From Alphaproteobacteria bacterium (GTDB lineage Bacteria > Pseudomonadota > Alphaproteobacteria > UBA8317), in NCBI GenBank assembly GCA_038131935.1, contig JAYPQH010000017.1, positions 97,235 through 161,234 on the forward strand: DNA of 64,000 nucleotides, read 5' to 3'. This document shows, one piece after another, positions 31,688 through 40,703 of the stretch. The first letter of the stretch is position 1, and each line of letters starts with the position of its first letter. Both the position numbers and the translations under genes were made by a program. The notes below the pieces were generated by a model, which was not told where the DNA came from, ran no database searches, and saw nothing but the letters and a program-made list of their open reading frames with translations.

Positions 31688-32785
31688 TTAGGTGTTAAAC
31701 CTAAACAACATAATATCTCCGTCCTGGACTATATATTCTTTCCCCTCTAACCGTGTTTTTCCAGCTTCCTTCGCTTGTGTTTCACCGCCAAGTTCCAAGT
31801 AATCTGTATAATTCGTGGTTTCTGCTCGGATAAAGCCTTTTTCGAAGTCAGTATGAATCACGCCAGCAGCCTGGGGAGCCTTGGTTCCTTTTTGGATAGT
31901 CCAAGCTCTTGCCTCTTTGGGGCCCACAGTAAAATAGGTGATCAGATCTAACAATTCGTAACCAGCGCGGATCATGCGATCAAGGCCTGGGTTTTCCAAA
32001 CCCATCTCAGATAAAAATTCGTTGCGCTCTTCTTCGTCCAATTGTGCGATTTCTGCTTCAATGGCCGCTGAAATAATGACAACGGGTATATTTTCGGTGG
32101 AAGCAAAATCAATAACTTGTTGCGTCATGGTATTGCCTGATACCGCGTCATCTTCAGAGACATTACAAACATAGAGCACTGGTTTTGTTGTCAGCAACCC
32201 TAAACCCTGTGCCAATTTACTTTCATCAGCGTCTAAATTAGCTGACCTTGCAGGTTTTCCATCTTGCAAAACCTCTAAAATTTTGTCCAATACATTGACA
32301 TGCGCTTTGGCGTCTTTGTCCCCTGCATTGGCGCGTTTTCTTAAGCCTACCAAACGTTTCTCAACAGACTCTAAATCAGCCAGCATTAATTCTGTTGTGA
32401 TGGTCTCAAGATCTGCAAGTGGATCAATCCTATTTTCAACATGTGTGATATCATCATCTTCAAAACATCTTAAGACATGCGCAATGGCATCCATTTCTCT
32501 AATATTAGCCAAAAATTGGTTTCCTAGTCCTTCACCTTTAGAAGCCCCTCTCACCAATCCAGCAATATCAACGAACGTAATTCTCGTGGGGATTGTTTGC
32601 TTGGAGCCCACAAGTTGTGACAGCTGTTCTAGCCTTATGTCAGGCACTGCAACGTCACCTGTATTAGGTTCAATGGTACAGAATGGAAAATTAGCAGCTT
32701 GTGCCGCTGACGTTTTGGTTAATGCATTAAATAATGTTGATTTGCCAACGTTTGGCAATCCAACAATGCCACATTTAAAACCCAT
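31688..32785 (-). CDS. ychF: redox-regulated ATPase YchF
   Basis: GIVGLPNVGKSTLFNALT, FCTIEPN, DIAGLVRGASKGEGLGN, HTDFEKGFIRAE. Confidence 0.98.
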   Translation of the reverse strand: MGFKCGIVGLPNVGKSTLFNALTKTSAAQAANFPFCTIEPNTGDVAVPDIRLEQLSQLVGSKQTIPTRITFVDIAGLVRGASKGEGLGNQFLANIREMDAIAHVLRCFEDDDITHVENRIDPLADLETITTELMLADLESVEKRLVGLRKRANAGDKDAKAHVNVLDKILEVLQDGKPARSANLDADESKLAQGLGLLTTKPVLYVCNVSEDDAVSGNTMTQQVIDFASTENIPVVIISAAIEAEIAQLDEEERNEFLSEMGLENPGLDRMIRAGYELLDLITYFTVGPKEARAWTIQKGTKAPQAAGVIHTDFEKGFIRAETTNYTDYLELGGETQAKEAGKTRLEGKEYIVQDGDIMLFRFNT

Positions 32786-33477
32786 TACTGTTCCTTTCGG
32801 TTTAATCCAAGTTGCGAAAGCAAACTTGCCAATTTTGACGGTGTTTCCTTTGCTTTATTTTGGTCTGCAAGGCCGTTGGCTGTTTGCGTGGCTGAGTTCA
32901 TTTCTGCGCCTGTTGATGGTTTTCGTGCATGCCGAGTTAGGCATTGCCTTAAGGCATCATGGTCAGCTTGTAAAAAATATCCGATGGCTTGATGCCAGAG
33001 TTGTATATGTTCTTCTAACAATAGAGCTTCTTGTTTATAGAACTTTGATAATACGTACTGGGATACTAATCTTTTGTCCCCGGGATGCCCTATACCAATG
33101 CGTAATCGATGGTAAAGATTTCCAATATGCGCATCAATTGACTTGAGTCCGTTGTGCCCTCCATGGCCCCCACCTTGTTTAAATTTAGACTGACCAACCT
33201 GCAGATCTAAATCATCATGTATGACCATGATGTCGGCAGCTGTGCAATCTTTATAAAACCTCAACGCTTCCCCAACCGCTTGTCCGGAGAGGTTCATGTA
33301 TGTTTGGGGCTTAATGAAAATAGCTTTCTTGCCTTGGAAACGTATGTCTGAGGTCAAGGACTGGAATTTTTTTGACCAATGGATGCTGCCCCATTGGTCA
33401 AGAATGTCAAACCCTATATTATGACGGGTATTTTTGTATTGTTCACCAGGATTGCCTAGTCCCACTATAATTTTCAT
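32785..33477 (-). CDS. pth: peptidyl-tRNA hydrolase
   Basis: VGLGNPG..Y..TRHNIG, KPQTYMNLSG, HDDLD, GGHNGLKS. Confidence 0.97.
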   Translation of the reverse strand: MKIIVGLGNPGEQYKNTRHNIGFDILDQWGSIHWSKKFQSLTSDIRFQGKKAIFIKPQTYMNLSGQAVGEALRFYKDCTAADIMVIHDDLDLQVGQSKFKQGGGHGGHNGLKSIDAHIGNLYHRLRIGIGHPGDKRLVSQYVLSKFYKQEALLLEEHIQLWHQAIGYFLQADHDALRQCLTRHARKPSTGAEMNSATQTANGLADQNKAKETPSKLASLLSQLGLNRKEQ

Positions 33478-33501
33478 GGGGGCCCCCAGCTTTGTACATT
33501 G

Positions 33502-34113
33502 TTAGTCTTCTTCTGTGGTTTCTTCTTCATCTGCGGCTGCAGATGGGCCACCGCGCCCTGCGATTGTTGCCAGTGTGAAATCTCGATCCGTAATGGTTGG
33601 TGTACAATTTTCAGGCAGAGAAACTGCTGAAATGTGAATAACAACGCCAATATCAAGACCAGCTAGGTCAACAACCAATTTATCTGGGATGGCATTGGCA
33701 GGAACAAGAAGCTCAACTTCATGACGAACAACCCCAAGTGTGCCGCCTCGTTTTAAGCCAGGAGAAAGTTCATGATTGATAAATTCAACTGGCACCATGA
33801 TCGCAATTTGGGTGTCAGATTTAATACGTAAAAAATCAACATGGAGAGGATCATCGATGATGGGGTCTCGCTGAACAGCTTTTGGCAAAACCAAGTGTCG
33901 CTTCCCATCTATATCAATTTCTAAGGTTGATTTCATAAATCCAGCACGATTCACACGCTTTTTAAGCTCATTGAAGTCTAAAACTAAGCTAAGGGGTGGT
34001 TGTTTCTCACCATAAATTACAGCGGGTACTTTTCCTTGCCTACGTATTGCGCGTGCGGCCCCCTTGCCGACACCTTCGCGAATATGCGCGACAAGAGCTG
34101 TTTGATCACTCAT
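33502..34113 (-). CDS. rplY: 50S ribosomal protein L25/Ctc (long form)
   Basis: GKGAARAIRRQGKVPAVIYG, HVDFLR, PGLKRGG, acidic tail. Confidence 0.96.
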   Translation of the reverse strand: MSDQTALVAHIREGVGKGAARAIRRQGKVPAVIYGEKQPPLSLVLDFNELKKRVNRAGFMKSTLEIDIDGKRHLVLPKAVQRDPIIDDPLHVDFLRIKSDTQIAIMVPVEFINHELSPGLKRGGTLGVVRHEVELLVPANAIPDKLVVDLAGLDIGVVIHISAVSLPENCTPTITDRDFTLATIAGRGGPSAAADEEETTEED

Positions 34114-34140
34114 GCGTCTTCTCCTTGGTTCATAACTGAT

Positions 34141-34186
34141 GGTCCGCTCTGAAAGCCTCCAGGGGTGTCGACACAGAGCTTAGACC
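34141..34186 (-). promoter_or_regulatory. structured 5' leader of rplY
   Basis: mRNA sense GGTC-UAA-GCUCUG...CAGAGC-G-GACC stem between a TTGGCA-N17-TAAGGG promoter (34227-34199) and the AAGGAG RBS. Confidence 0.5.
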
Positions 34187-34243
34187 GGTGAAGGAGACCC
34201 CTTATCCCAATCCCCGTCATTTGCCAAGAACTTGCGTGGTTAG

Positions 34244-35175
34244 TTAATCAAAAAGAACAGAAACTGACTGGTTTCCAGAAATACGCCTCATTGCTTCACC
34301 GATTAAAGGGGCTGCACTTACGATTCGGATGTTGGGCGCATTCTTCACCTCTTCAGTCGCTGCTATTGTATCTGTGAGCACCAGCTCCGTTAATGCCGAC
34401 TGAGAAATTCGCTCAACAGCTTTTCCAGAGAGAACGCCATGGGTTATGTAGGCACGAACATCAGTTGCACCGCGTTGAATAAGTGCGGCTGCTGCATTGC
34501 AGAGCGTTCCACCTGAATCCACAATGTCATCGATGAGGATACAGGACTTTCCTGAGACATCTCCAATAATATTCATAACTTCTGACTCGCCAGGCCGTTC
34601 TCTGCGTTTGTCAACAATGGCCAGCTGACATCCTAACCTTGATGCAATGTTACGTGCACGAACAACACCACCCACATCAGGGGACACAACCACAATATTT
34701 TCTTGCCCTACATTTTTTTCGATATCTGCTGAAAATAAAGGAGCCGAGACCAAATTATCCACAGGAACATCAAAAACCCTTGGATCTGTCCTGCGTGCAG
34801 TTCCATGGTCAACACGCGATGTGCGCCAGCCTTGGTGATGATGTCAGCAACCAATTTTGCCGAAATCGGTGTTCGTGGTCCAGGTTTGCGATCTTGCCGT
34901 GCGTATCCGTAATAAGGGATGACAGCCGTAATCCGCTTAGCAGATGCACGTTTCAGAGCATCCAAACAAATGAGCATTTCCATCAAGTGATCGTTGGCGG
35001 GGTAGGAAGTTGATTGGATCAAGAAAACATCTTCACCGCGCACATTTTCCTTAATTTCTACAAAAACTTCCATGTCTGCAAAACGACGAACCGTTGCTTG
35101 GGTTAGAGGCGTGCTGAGAAAATTTGCTATATCTCTGGCTAGGGGAAGGTTCGAATTTGCACTTAAAATTTTCAT
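34244..35175 (-). CDS. prs: ribose-phosphate pyrophosphokinase (frameshift near 34775)
   Basis: [35 protein letters not shown]|[24 protein letters not shown]. Confidence 0.96.
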
Positions 35176-35224
35176 GGGTTGACTCCTGAAGACCTGTCCT
35201 ATCAACTTTTAATTCTGACATGAG

Positions 35225-35983
35225 TTATGATGTCCAGCCAATTACTGCAAGCTGTCGTCCCGTTCTACCTTTATAATGGTGGGTGGCATAACGGTGTGAA
35301 AAATAATTATTTTTCTCAGTATATGTGCATTGCCCAGATATCCAAATATCACGAATATCACAATCTTCCAGCATCAATCTTGCCATTAAGCGCAGATCAA
35401 CATGCCAATTTTGTGTTTTGAAATGCTTAAAGCTACAAAATTGGCGGTACTCAGGTGGGATGGCGTCAACAACTTCCTCTCCCACTTCAAACGCACCGGG
35501 ACCTATGCATGGGCCAACGGCAACTTCAATCTCCGATGCAAGAATGCCTTCACGAAGAAAACGTTCTACTGTTACCCCAATCACGCCTTTGACAAGGCCA
35601 CGCCAGCCAGCATGTGCACCGGCAATGACCGAACTATGTTGATGCACGAAGAAGACAGGAAGGCAATCAGCGGTTTGTATGGCAAGACCCGTATCTTTAG
35701 GTGGGTTGAAAATAATATCAGCTTCTGGCTTTGCGTCTTCATGATGATGTCTTGGCTCAAAAACATCCGTTCCATGTACTTGTTGGGTTAGCCACAATTT
35801 TTTAAGACCCAATTGGCAGGAGATAAGTTGTCTGTTGGCAAGAACATGATCCCGGTTATCGTTGGTGCTCAAGCCTACATTCAGACTGTCAAACGGGGCC
35901 GTTGATATCCCCCCCAAGCGCCCAAAAAAGCCATGATGAATGTTGGTGTTATTCCATCGAGGATTCGACTGAAAGGGTATCAT
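35225..35983 (-). CDS. pgeF: YfiH/PgeF purine nucleoside phosphorylase-like protein
   Basis: HGFFGR.GG.S, SLNVG, QVHG, TADCLPV, HAGWRG, GPCIG, YFSHR. Confidence 0.93.
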   Translation of the reverse strand: MIPFQSNPRWNNTNIHHGFFGRLGGISTAPFDSLNVGLSTNDNRDHVLANRQLISCQLGLKKLWLTQQVHGTDVFEPRHHHEDAKPEADIIFNPPKDTGLAIQTADCLPVFFVHQHSSVIAGAHAGWRGLVKGVIGVTVERFLREGILASEIEVAVGPCIGPGAFEVGEEVVDAIPPEYRQFCSFKHFKTQNWHVDLRLMARLMLEDCDIRDIWISGQCTYTEKNNYFSHRYATHHYKGRTGRQLAVIGWTS

Positions 35984-37017
35984 CTTGTAAGCCTCGCCAC
36001 AGCAAAAACTTTAAAACTCTGCCCCATATGTTCATCGCCTGCAAGCATGAGCATTTCTTGCTCTAGAGCTTGTCTTCGATGTGGAAATGTATCAGCCAGT
36101 TTTTCTTTTCGTTCATTTAGGCCAGCTTCCCGTAAAAATTTCCCTTGGGGGTAGGGTCCAACCGTCGCAAGTTGGTATTGCTTTGCTACATGTTCAAGCA
36201 TACGAAAATCTATCGTCCATGTTAGATCTGTTTCGCCTGGAGCATGGACAAAGGAAACTTGTTCGTGATTTTGAAAGCCTCGAAATGAAAATTGTTGCCT
36301 GTCGCCATGGGTGCCATAATCTATAAAAAGTGCGATGCCACCTGTTTCATGTATATGTTGGCAGATGTGATCCACGATTTGGTAAGCTTGCGGGCTATGT
36401 TCAACAAAGGGTTCTCCGTAGGCCCATATGGGTATGTCACGTTTGGGTGTGGGCCAACGAGAAGGCTTCCATGTTAAGTTTTCTACCGCATCCCAAGTCA
36501 CAAAAACTTCATGGTAATTTTGGTTTTGCTTGGCAAATGCTCTGAGGGGCAACGCATCAAGAAATTCATTGGCAACAAGTAATGTTGTTTTGTCTCTAGG
36601 TAATTCTGATAAATCAGCAATATGTTGTGCATGTGGTAATCGTGTATGTTGTATTTGTCGCAATATGGGCGATGTTTCGAGCAAAAAATAACCTTGTAGA
36701 GCTTGCGGGCAGAATTGTCCCAAAGCATGGTTTATTTGCTGTGATAAACGTCCGCTACCTGGCCCTAATTCGACCATTTGACAGTTGTTAAAGCCGCATG
36801 ATTGAATTTGATGTGCAAGCCAACTACCTATGATATCGCCAAATAAAGATCCTATTTCTGGTGCGGTCACAAAGTCTCGCCTTGAGCTTAATGGATCTCG
36901 ACTGGTGTAGTAGCCATCAGTGGGATGCTGGAGGCAAATGGTCATGAACTCATCCAGCCTAATTGGGCCGGTGGCTTTGATTTGCCGGAGGATGTTTTGT
37001 TCTAAACGGTTTTTCAA
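35980..37017 (-). CDS. SAM-dependent methyltransferase, NDUFAF7/MidA family
   Basis: GYY....., DFVTAPEI, ELGPGSG, ANEFLDALP, IDYG, PGETDLT; probable TTG start overlapping the lgt stop. Confidence 0.88.
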   Translation of the reverse strand: MKNRLEQNILRQIKATGPIRLDEFMTICLQHPTDGYYTSRDPLSSRRDFVTAPEIGSLFGDIIGSWLAHQIQSCGFNNCQMVELGPGSGRLSQQINHALGQFCPQALQGYFLLETSPILRQIQHTRLPHAQHIADLSELPRDKTTLLVANEFLDALPLRAFAKQNQNYHEVFVTWDAVENLTWKPSRWPTPKRDIPIWAYGEPFVEHSPQAYQIVDHICQHIHETGGIALFIDYGTHGDRQQFSFRGFQNHEQVSFVHAPGETDLTWTIDFRMLEHVAKQYQLATVGPYPQGKFLREAGLNERKEKLADTFPHRRQALEQEMLMLAGDEHMGQSFKVFAVARLTR

Positions 37018-37826
37018 AAGCGATGCCGGTACTGTCTTGGTAGAAGTATGATGAATAAAATTCCTAAGAAAACCATGGGTAGGGACAAAAGCATTCCCAT
37101 CGTTAAGCCGCCTTCTCCAAAAAGTAAAAACCCTAATTGTGGGTCGGGTTCTCGAAAAAATTCTGCAGTAATGCGGCTTAAACCATACCCTATCAAAAAC
37201 ACACCAGTGAGGAGGCCTACCCTTTTTTGCCCACCCCATAATTGTAAAATAATCAAAAAGACAAAAAGTAGAATTCCTTCCAAGGCAGCTTCATAAAGTT
37301 GGGAAGGGTGCCGCATTTCTATGGCTCCATTTGCACCGCTTGGAAAACCCACTGCCCAATAACCCTCATAGAGCCGTCCATAAAGTTCTCCATTTATGAA
37401 GTTGGCCAAGCGCCCGAAAAAAAGACCAATAGGGGCCGTTGGAGCGATTAGATCTCCAACCATGAAAGGGTCCAGTTGATGGCGCCTACAATAGAAAATG
37501 ATGGCCAGTATAACACCTGCCAATCCTCCATGAAATGCCATGCCGCCTTTCCAAACCATGACAATTTCCCAGGGATGTTCGACATAGTAAGGTGCATTGT
37601 AAAAAAGCACATAGCCGAGCCGACCGCCAATGATAACGCCCATCGCGATCCAAGATAACAAATCATCTAACTGGTCGGCTGTGATCACATGGGGCATTTT
37701 GCGGGCCATATGTCGAGCATACAGCCAACCCAAAATGAGGCCAAAAAGATACGCCAATGCATACCATCGGATGTCAATGGGGCCAATTGATAGTGCAATC
37801 GGGTCGATAAACGGATACTGAAGCAC
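37014..37826 (-). CDS. lgt: prolipoprotein diacylglyceryl transferase
   Basis: IRWYALAY, GGRLGYV, GGMAFHGG, GRLANFINGELYGR, RHPSQLYEA, EFFREPD; GTG start. Confidence 0.97.
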   Translation of the reverse strand: MLQYPFIDPIALSIGPIDIRWYALAYLFGLILGWLYARHMARKMPHVITADQLDDLLSWIAMGVIIGGRLGYVLFYNAPYYVEHPWEIVMVWKGGMAFHGGLAGVILAIIFYCRRHQLDPFMVGDLIAPTAPIGLFFGRLANFINGELYGRLYEGYWAVGFPSGANGAIEMRHPSQLYEAALEGILLFVFLIILQLWGGQKRVGLLTGVFLIGYGLSRITAEFFREPDPQLGFLLFGEGGLTMGMLLSLPMVFLGILFIILLPRQYRHRF

Positions 37827-37959
37827 GTTGGTCCCTTGATTAATTGATGCACAACACGCATGTGACTTAAAAGGATATCGTCTAATATGCAACAATCTTA
37901 TTTGACGGTGAGGGCAGTGTGGCCAGATGATGAAGTTGGCTCGTGCGAAAGGGCAAAAT

Positions 37960-38226
37960 ATGCAAAACCGTAATCCATTTCTTGATGATATGTCGAAACT
38001 AGCTGGAGATATGTTGGGGCTTGCAAAAGGCATGCGCGATGAAGTTGATCAAATGATCAAAGCAAAATTTGATGAGTATCTCGCCGCTGAAGGTTTGGTT
38101 AGTCGTGAAGATGTGAGCGTGCTGCATGCACGCATCGACGTCCTTGAGCAGAAATTAGCCGAGTTTGAATCTCGTTTGGCTGATTCTCAACAGTCAGATG
38201 TTTCTCCAAACAAAAGCACAGATTGA
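37960..38226 (+). CDS. UbiK/BMFP-family accessory factor
   Basis: NPFLDDMSKL...G, LVSRED, C-terminal coiled coil; divergent from lgt as usual in Alphaproteobacteria. Confidence 0.8.
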   Translation: MQNRNPFLDDMSKLAGDMLGLAKGMRDEVDQMIKAKFDEYLAAEGLVSREDVSVLHARIDVLEQKLAEFESRLADSQQSDVSPNKSTD

Positions 38227-38432
38227 GACATTATTTCCTTGTTTTTTCAATCAGTTAAAAATTTTTTATTTTTTCGTTTTATTCCACATGAAATTCGTGC
38301 AGACATAGTTTTGTGGAAGTTAAATCCACGTAGCAGTAGGGAGCGGGTTATGCCCACTTCAAGGACAGAATGCATGCAAGGCTCAGGGACCTTATCAAGG
38401 GGTTCAGGAGCCTTTTTTTTTGGAGGCAGGAT

Positions 38433-38948
38433 ATGACTTCTTCGCTCGATGAACTTGAGACGTCCATGAACAACCCCATTGATATGATCGAAACAGCATT
38501 GGATGAACAAAATTGGCCTGTTGAACGTCTTTGTGCCGATGAGTTATCTATCACGGTGATGGGTGATTGGTGTGAGCATAATTTATCCGTGTCGTGGAAA
38601 GATGACATGGAAACACTTCATTTGGCTTGCGCGTTTCGTCTTATGGAGGATGGTGTTTCATTGCCTAAAGATGCCTTGCCAAACGTGTATGAGTTACTTT
38701 CACGCGTGAATGAACAGCTGCTTTTGGGGCATTTTGACCTTTGGCGTGAAGAGGAATCTGTGGTGTTTCGACATGGTGTGTTGCTGCATGCTGGTGGTAC
38801 TTCCGCTGAGCAATGGGAATGTTTGTTGCAAATTGCTGTCGAGACCTGCGAACGGTTTTATCCAGCTTTTCATCTCTTGATGCAAACAGATCTGAGCCCA
38901 GCAGATGCGTTAACGGCATCTATGTTTGAAACCTTTGGAGAAGCTTGA
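38433..38948 (+). CDS. YbjN domain protein
   Basis: NPIDMIE, G.WC, ETLHLACAF, NEQLLLGHFDLW, CERFYPAF, FET.GEA; GGAGG RBS. Confidence 0.85.
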   Translation: MTSSLDELETSMNNPIDMIETALDEQNWPVERLCADELSITVMGDWCEHNLSVSWKDDMETLHLACAFRLMEDGVSLPKDALPNVYELLSRVNEQLLLGHFDLWREEESVVFRHGVLLHAGGTSAEQWECLLQIAVETCERFYPAFHLLMQTDLSPADALTASMFETFGEA

Positions 38949-39751
38949 TGCGTCTTTTGTTGGTGGGCGCGGGCAATATGGGATTTGCCATGGCGCAAGG
39001 TTGGCTGGAAATGCCAGGGCTCGATGTTGTTGTGTTGCGTCCCCGTCCAAAAAATTGGTTGGATCAGGGTACAGATTTTGATCGCTTTCATGTTGTATCA
39101 TCACCTGAGAAGTTAAAATCTGAAACCTTTGATGCTGTTGTACTTGCTGTGAAGCCACATAAAATTGCCGAAGTAACCTCAGAGCTGATGTCAAATATTG
39201 CATCAGCGGATTTGGTCATTTCTGTTGCTGCAGGTACCCCATTAACGCAACTCAAGACATTTTTTGCAAATTCTCAACCCATTGTTCGTGTGATGCCAAA
39301 TGTACCAGCTGCGATTGGATTAGGTGCATGTGTTTGTGTGGGTGATATCGATGACGCAAAAAAGCAATTTGTAAATAATTTGTTGCGACCGCTTGGTTCA
39401 GTTCATTGGATTGATGATGAAGAACTCATGCATCCGGTTATTGCCTTATGTGGATCTGGTCCAGCCTATTTTTTTCTTCTTGCAGACATTATGGCCAAAC
39501 AAGCCATGAAAATGGGAATTTCGCCAGAGCTCGCCCAAACACTTGCGGGAGAGACAATTTTTGGAGCAGGCGGAATGTTAACAAAATCATCACGCTCTGC
39601 AGATGAGCTCAAAAAAAGTGTGGCATCTCCGGGAGGTACCACTGAAGCAGCGCTTCGGGTGCTTGAGGGAGAAAAAGGACTTGAGGAAATTATGATATCT
39701 GCCATGGAAGCCTGTGCGTCACGGTCGCAGGAGCTAGCCAGGGGTGACTGA
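38948..39751 (+). CDS. proC: pyrroline-5-carboxylate reductase
   Basis: GAGNMG, LAVKP, ISVAAG, RVMPN, GSGPAY, V.SPGGTT. Confidence 0.96.
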   Translation: MRLLLVGAGNMGFAMAQGWLEMPGLDVVVLRPRPKNWLDQGTDFDRFHVVSSPEKLKSETFDAVVLAVKPHKIAEVTSELMSNIASADLVISVAAGTPLTQLKTFFANSQPIVRVMPNVPAAIGLGACVCVGDIDDAKKQFVNNLLRPLGSVHWIDDEELMHPVIALCGSGPAYFFLLADIMAKQAMKMGISPELAQTLAGETIFGAGGMLTKSSRSADELKKSVASPGGTTEAALRVLEGEKGLEEIMISAMEACASRSQELARGD

Positions 39752-39783
39752 ATAAACTAAGTCACCGTTAGTGGAGGGTAGCT

Positions 39784-40368
39784 ATGGCTGGAAAAAAACG
39801 TCTTGATAGAATTTTCGATGGTTATTTTTCGATGCTGGCAGAGGATATGTCTTTTCATCCTGTGGAGCTTGCAAAGCGTGCATCGTTGAGCGTTGCTAAT
39901 TTACGTAAAGATGTTGTTTGTGAGCAGGATATTTTAGCTCTTTTTAATAATCATTTGGATCAGCAAGCCTCAGAAGCTGCGTTAGAGGAAGACCAAGGGC
40001 ATGCTGCAATGTTGGAAGCATTATGCGTGCGTTTAGAAGTTTCTTTCCCATGGCGGCAAGGTTTGATATCTTTGCGACGTCGAACCCGTCGGCAACCTCT
40101 TTTTGGCCTACGACAAGCGGCTTTGTTGGGACATTCCATGGCCTGGCTCTCAGAGATTGCTGGATACCAAACAGGGCAGGGTCATCTGCGAGATGTGCAA
40201 TTGGTAGCTTTGTATGACAGAGCTATTATGGTGCTGGGAGAGGATGATGAGCATCTCACACGTTGTTTGGCGGTGCTAGATCAAGGGTTGAAAAAAATCG
40301 AAAGCCGTCAAAAGCGTTTTCAAAAGCTACAAGGTACACATGATGGATTGTTTAAAAAAAACCATTGA
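39784..40368 (+). CDS. hypothetical protein, possibly divergent TetR-like
   Basis: GGAGG RBS; N-terminal ELAKRASLS..LR HTH-like segment, all-helical remainder. Confidence 0.55.
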   Translation: MAGKKRLDRIFDGYFSMLAEDMSFHPVELAKRASLSVANLRKDVVCEQDILALFNNHLDQQASEAALEEDQGHAAMLEALCVRLEVSFPWRQGLISLRRRTRRQPLFGLRQAALLGHSMAWLSEIAGYQTGQGHLRDVQLVALYDRAIMVLGEDDEHLTRCLAVLDQGLKKIESRQKRFQKLQGTHDGLFKKNH

Positions 40369-40690
40369 TATCGAAGACTTTACAGCAGTTGATATACGTG
40401 TGGGAACAATAGTAGATGCACAGCCATTTCCAGAAGCCCGTCGCCCTGCGATTAAGATTTGGGTAGACTTTGGTGTTTTGGGAATAAAAAAAAGTTCCGC
40501 ACAAATTACCAAGCATTATCAACCTGAAAAGCTATTGGGGAAACAGGTTGTCGCTGTGGTTAATTTTCCCCCTAGGCAGATTGGTCCGTTTATGTCTGAA
40601 GTTCTTTGTTTGGGTGTCCCTGATGAAGAGGGTGAAGTTGTGCTTCTATCGCCTGATATCCCTGTGCCGAATGGTGGTGCGATGTATTAA
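40343..40690 (+). CDS. csaA: tRNA-binding/export chaperone CsaA
   Basis: VDIRVGTI, FPEARRPA, KKSSAQIT, VVNFPPRQIG, SEVL.LG. Confidence 0.93.
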   Translation: MDCLKKTIDIEDFTAVDIRVGTIVDAQPFPEARRPAIKIWVDFGVLGIKKSSAQITKHYQPEKLLGKQVVAVVNFPPRQIGPFMSEVLCLGVPDEEGEVVLLSPDIPVPNGGAMY

Positions 40691-40703
40691 GCAGAGCCTA
40701 ACC

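Noticed and set aside
32283-33146. 287-aa plus-strand ORF
   Set aside because: Antisense shadow of ychF/pth; no recognisable motifs
34755-34763. Perfect DnaA box TTATCCACA
   Set aside because: Isolated, inside prs, and dictated by the conserved PVDNL codons
37018-38033. Long N-terminal extensions of the lgt and MidA-family ORFs in the track
   Set aside because: They overlap neighbouring genes; homology begins at GTG 37826 and about TTG 37017
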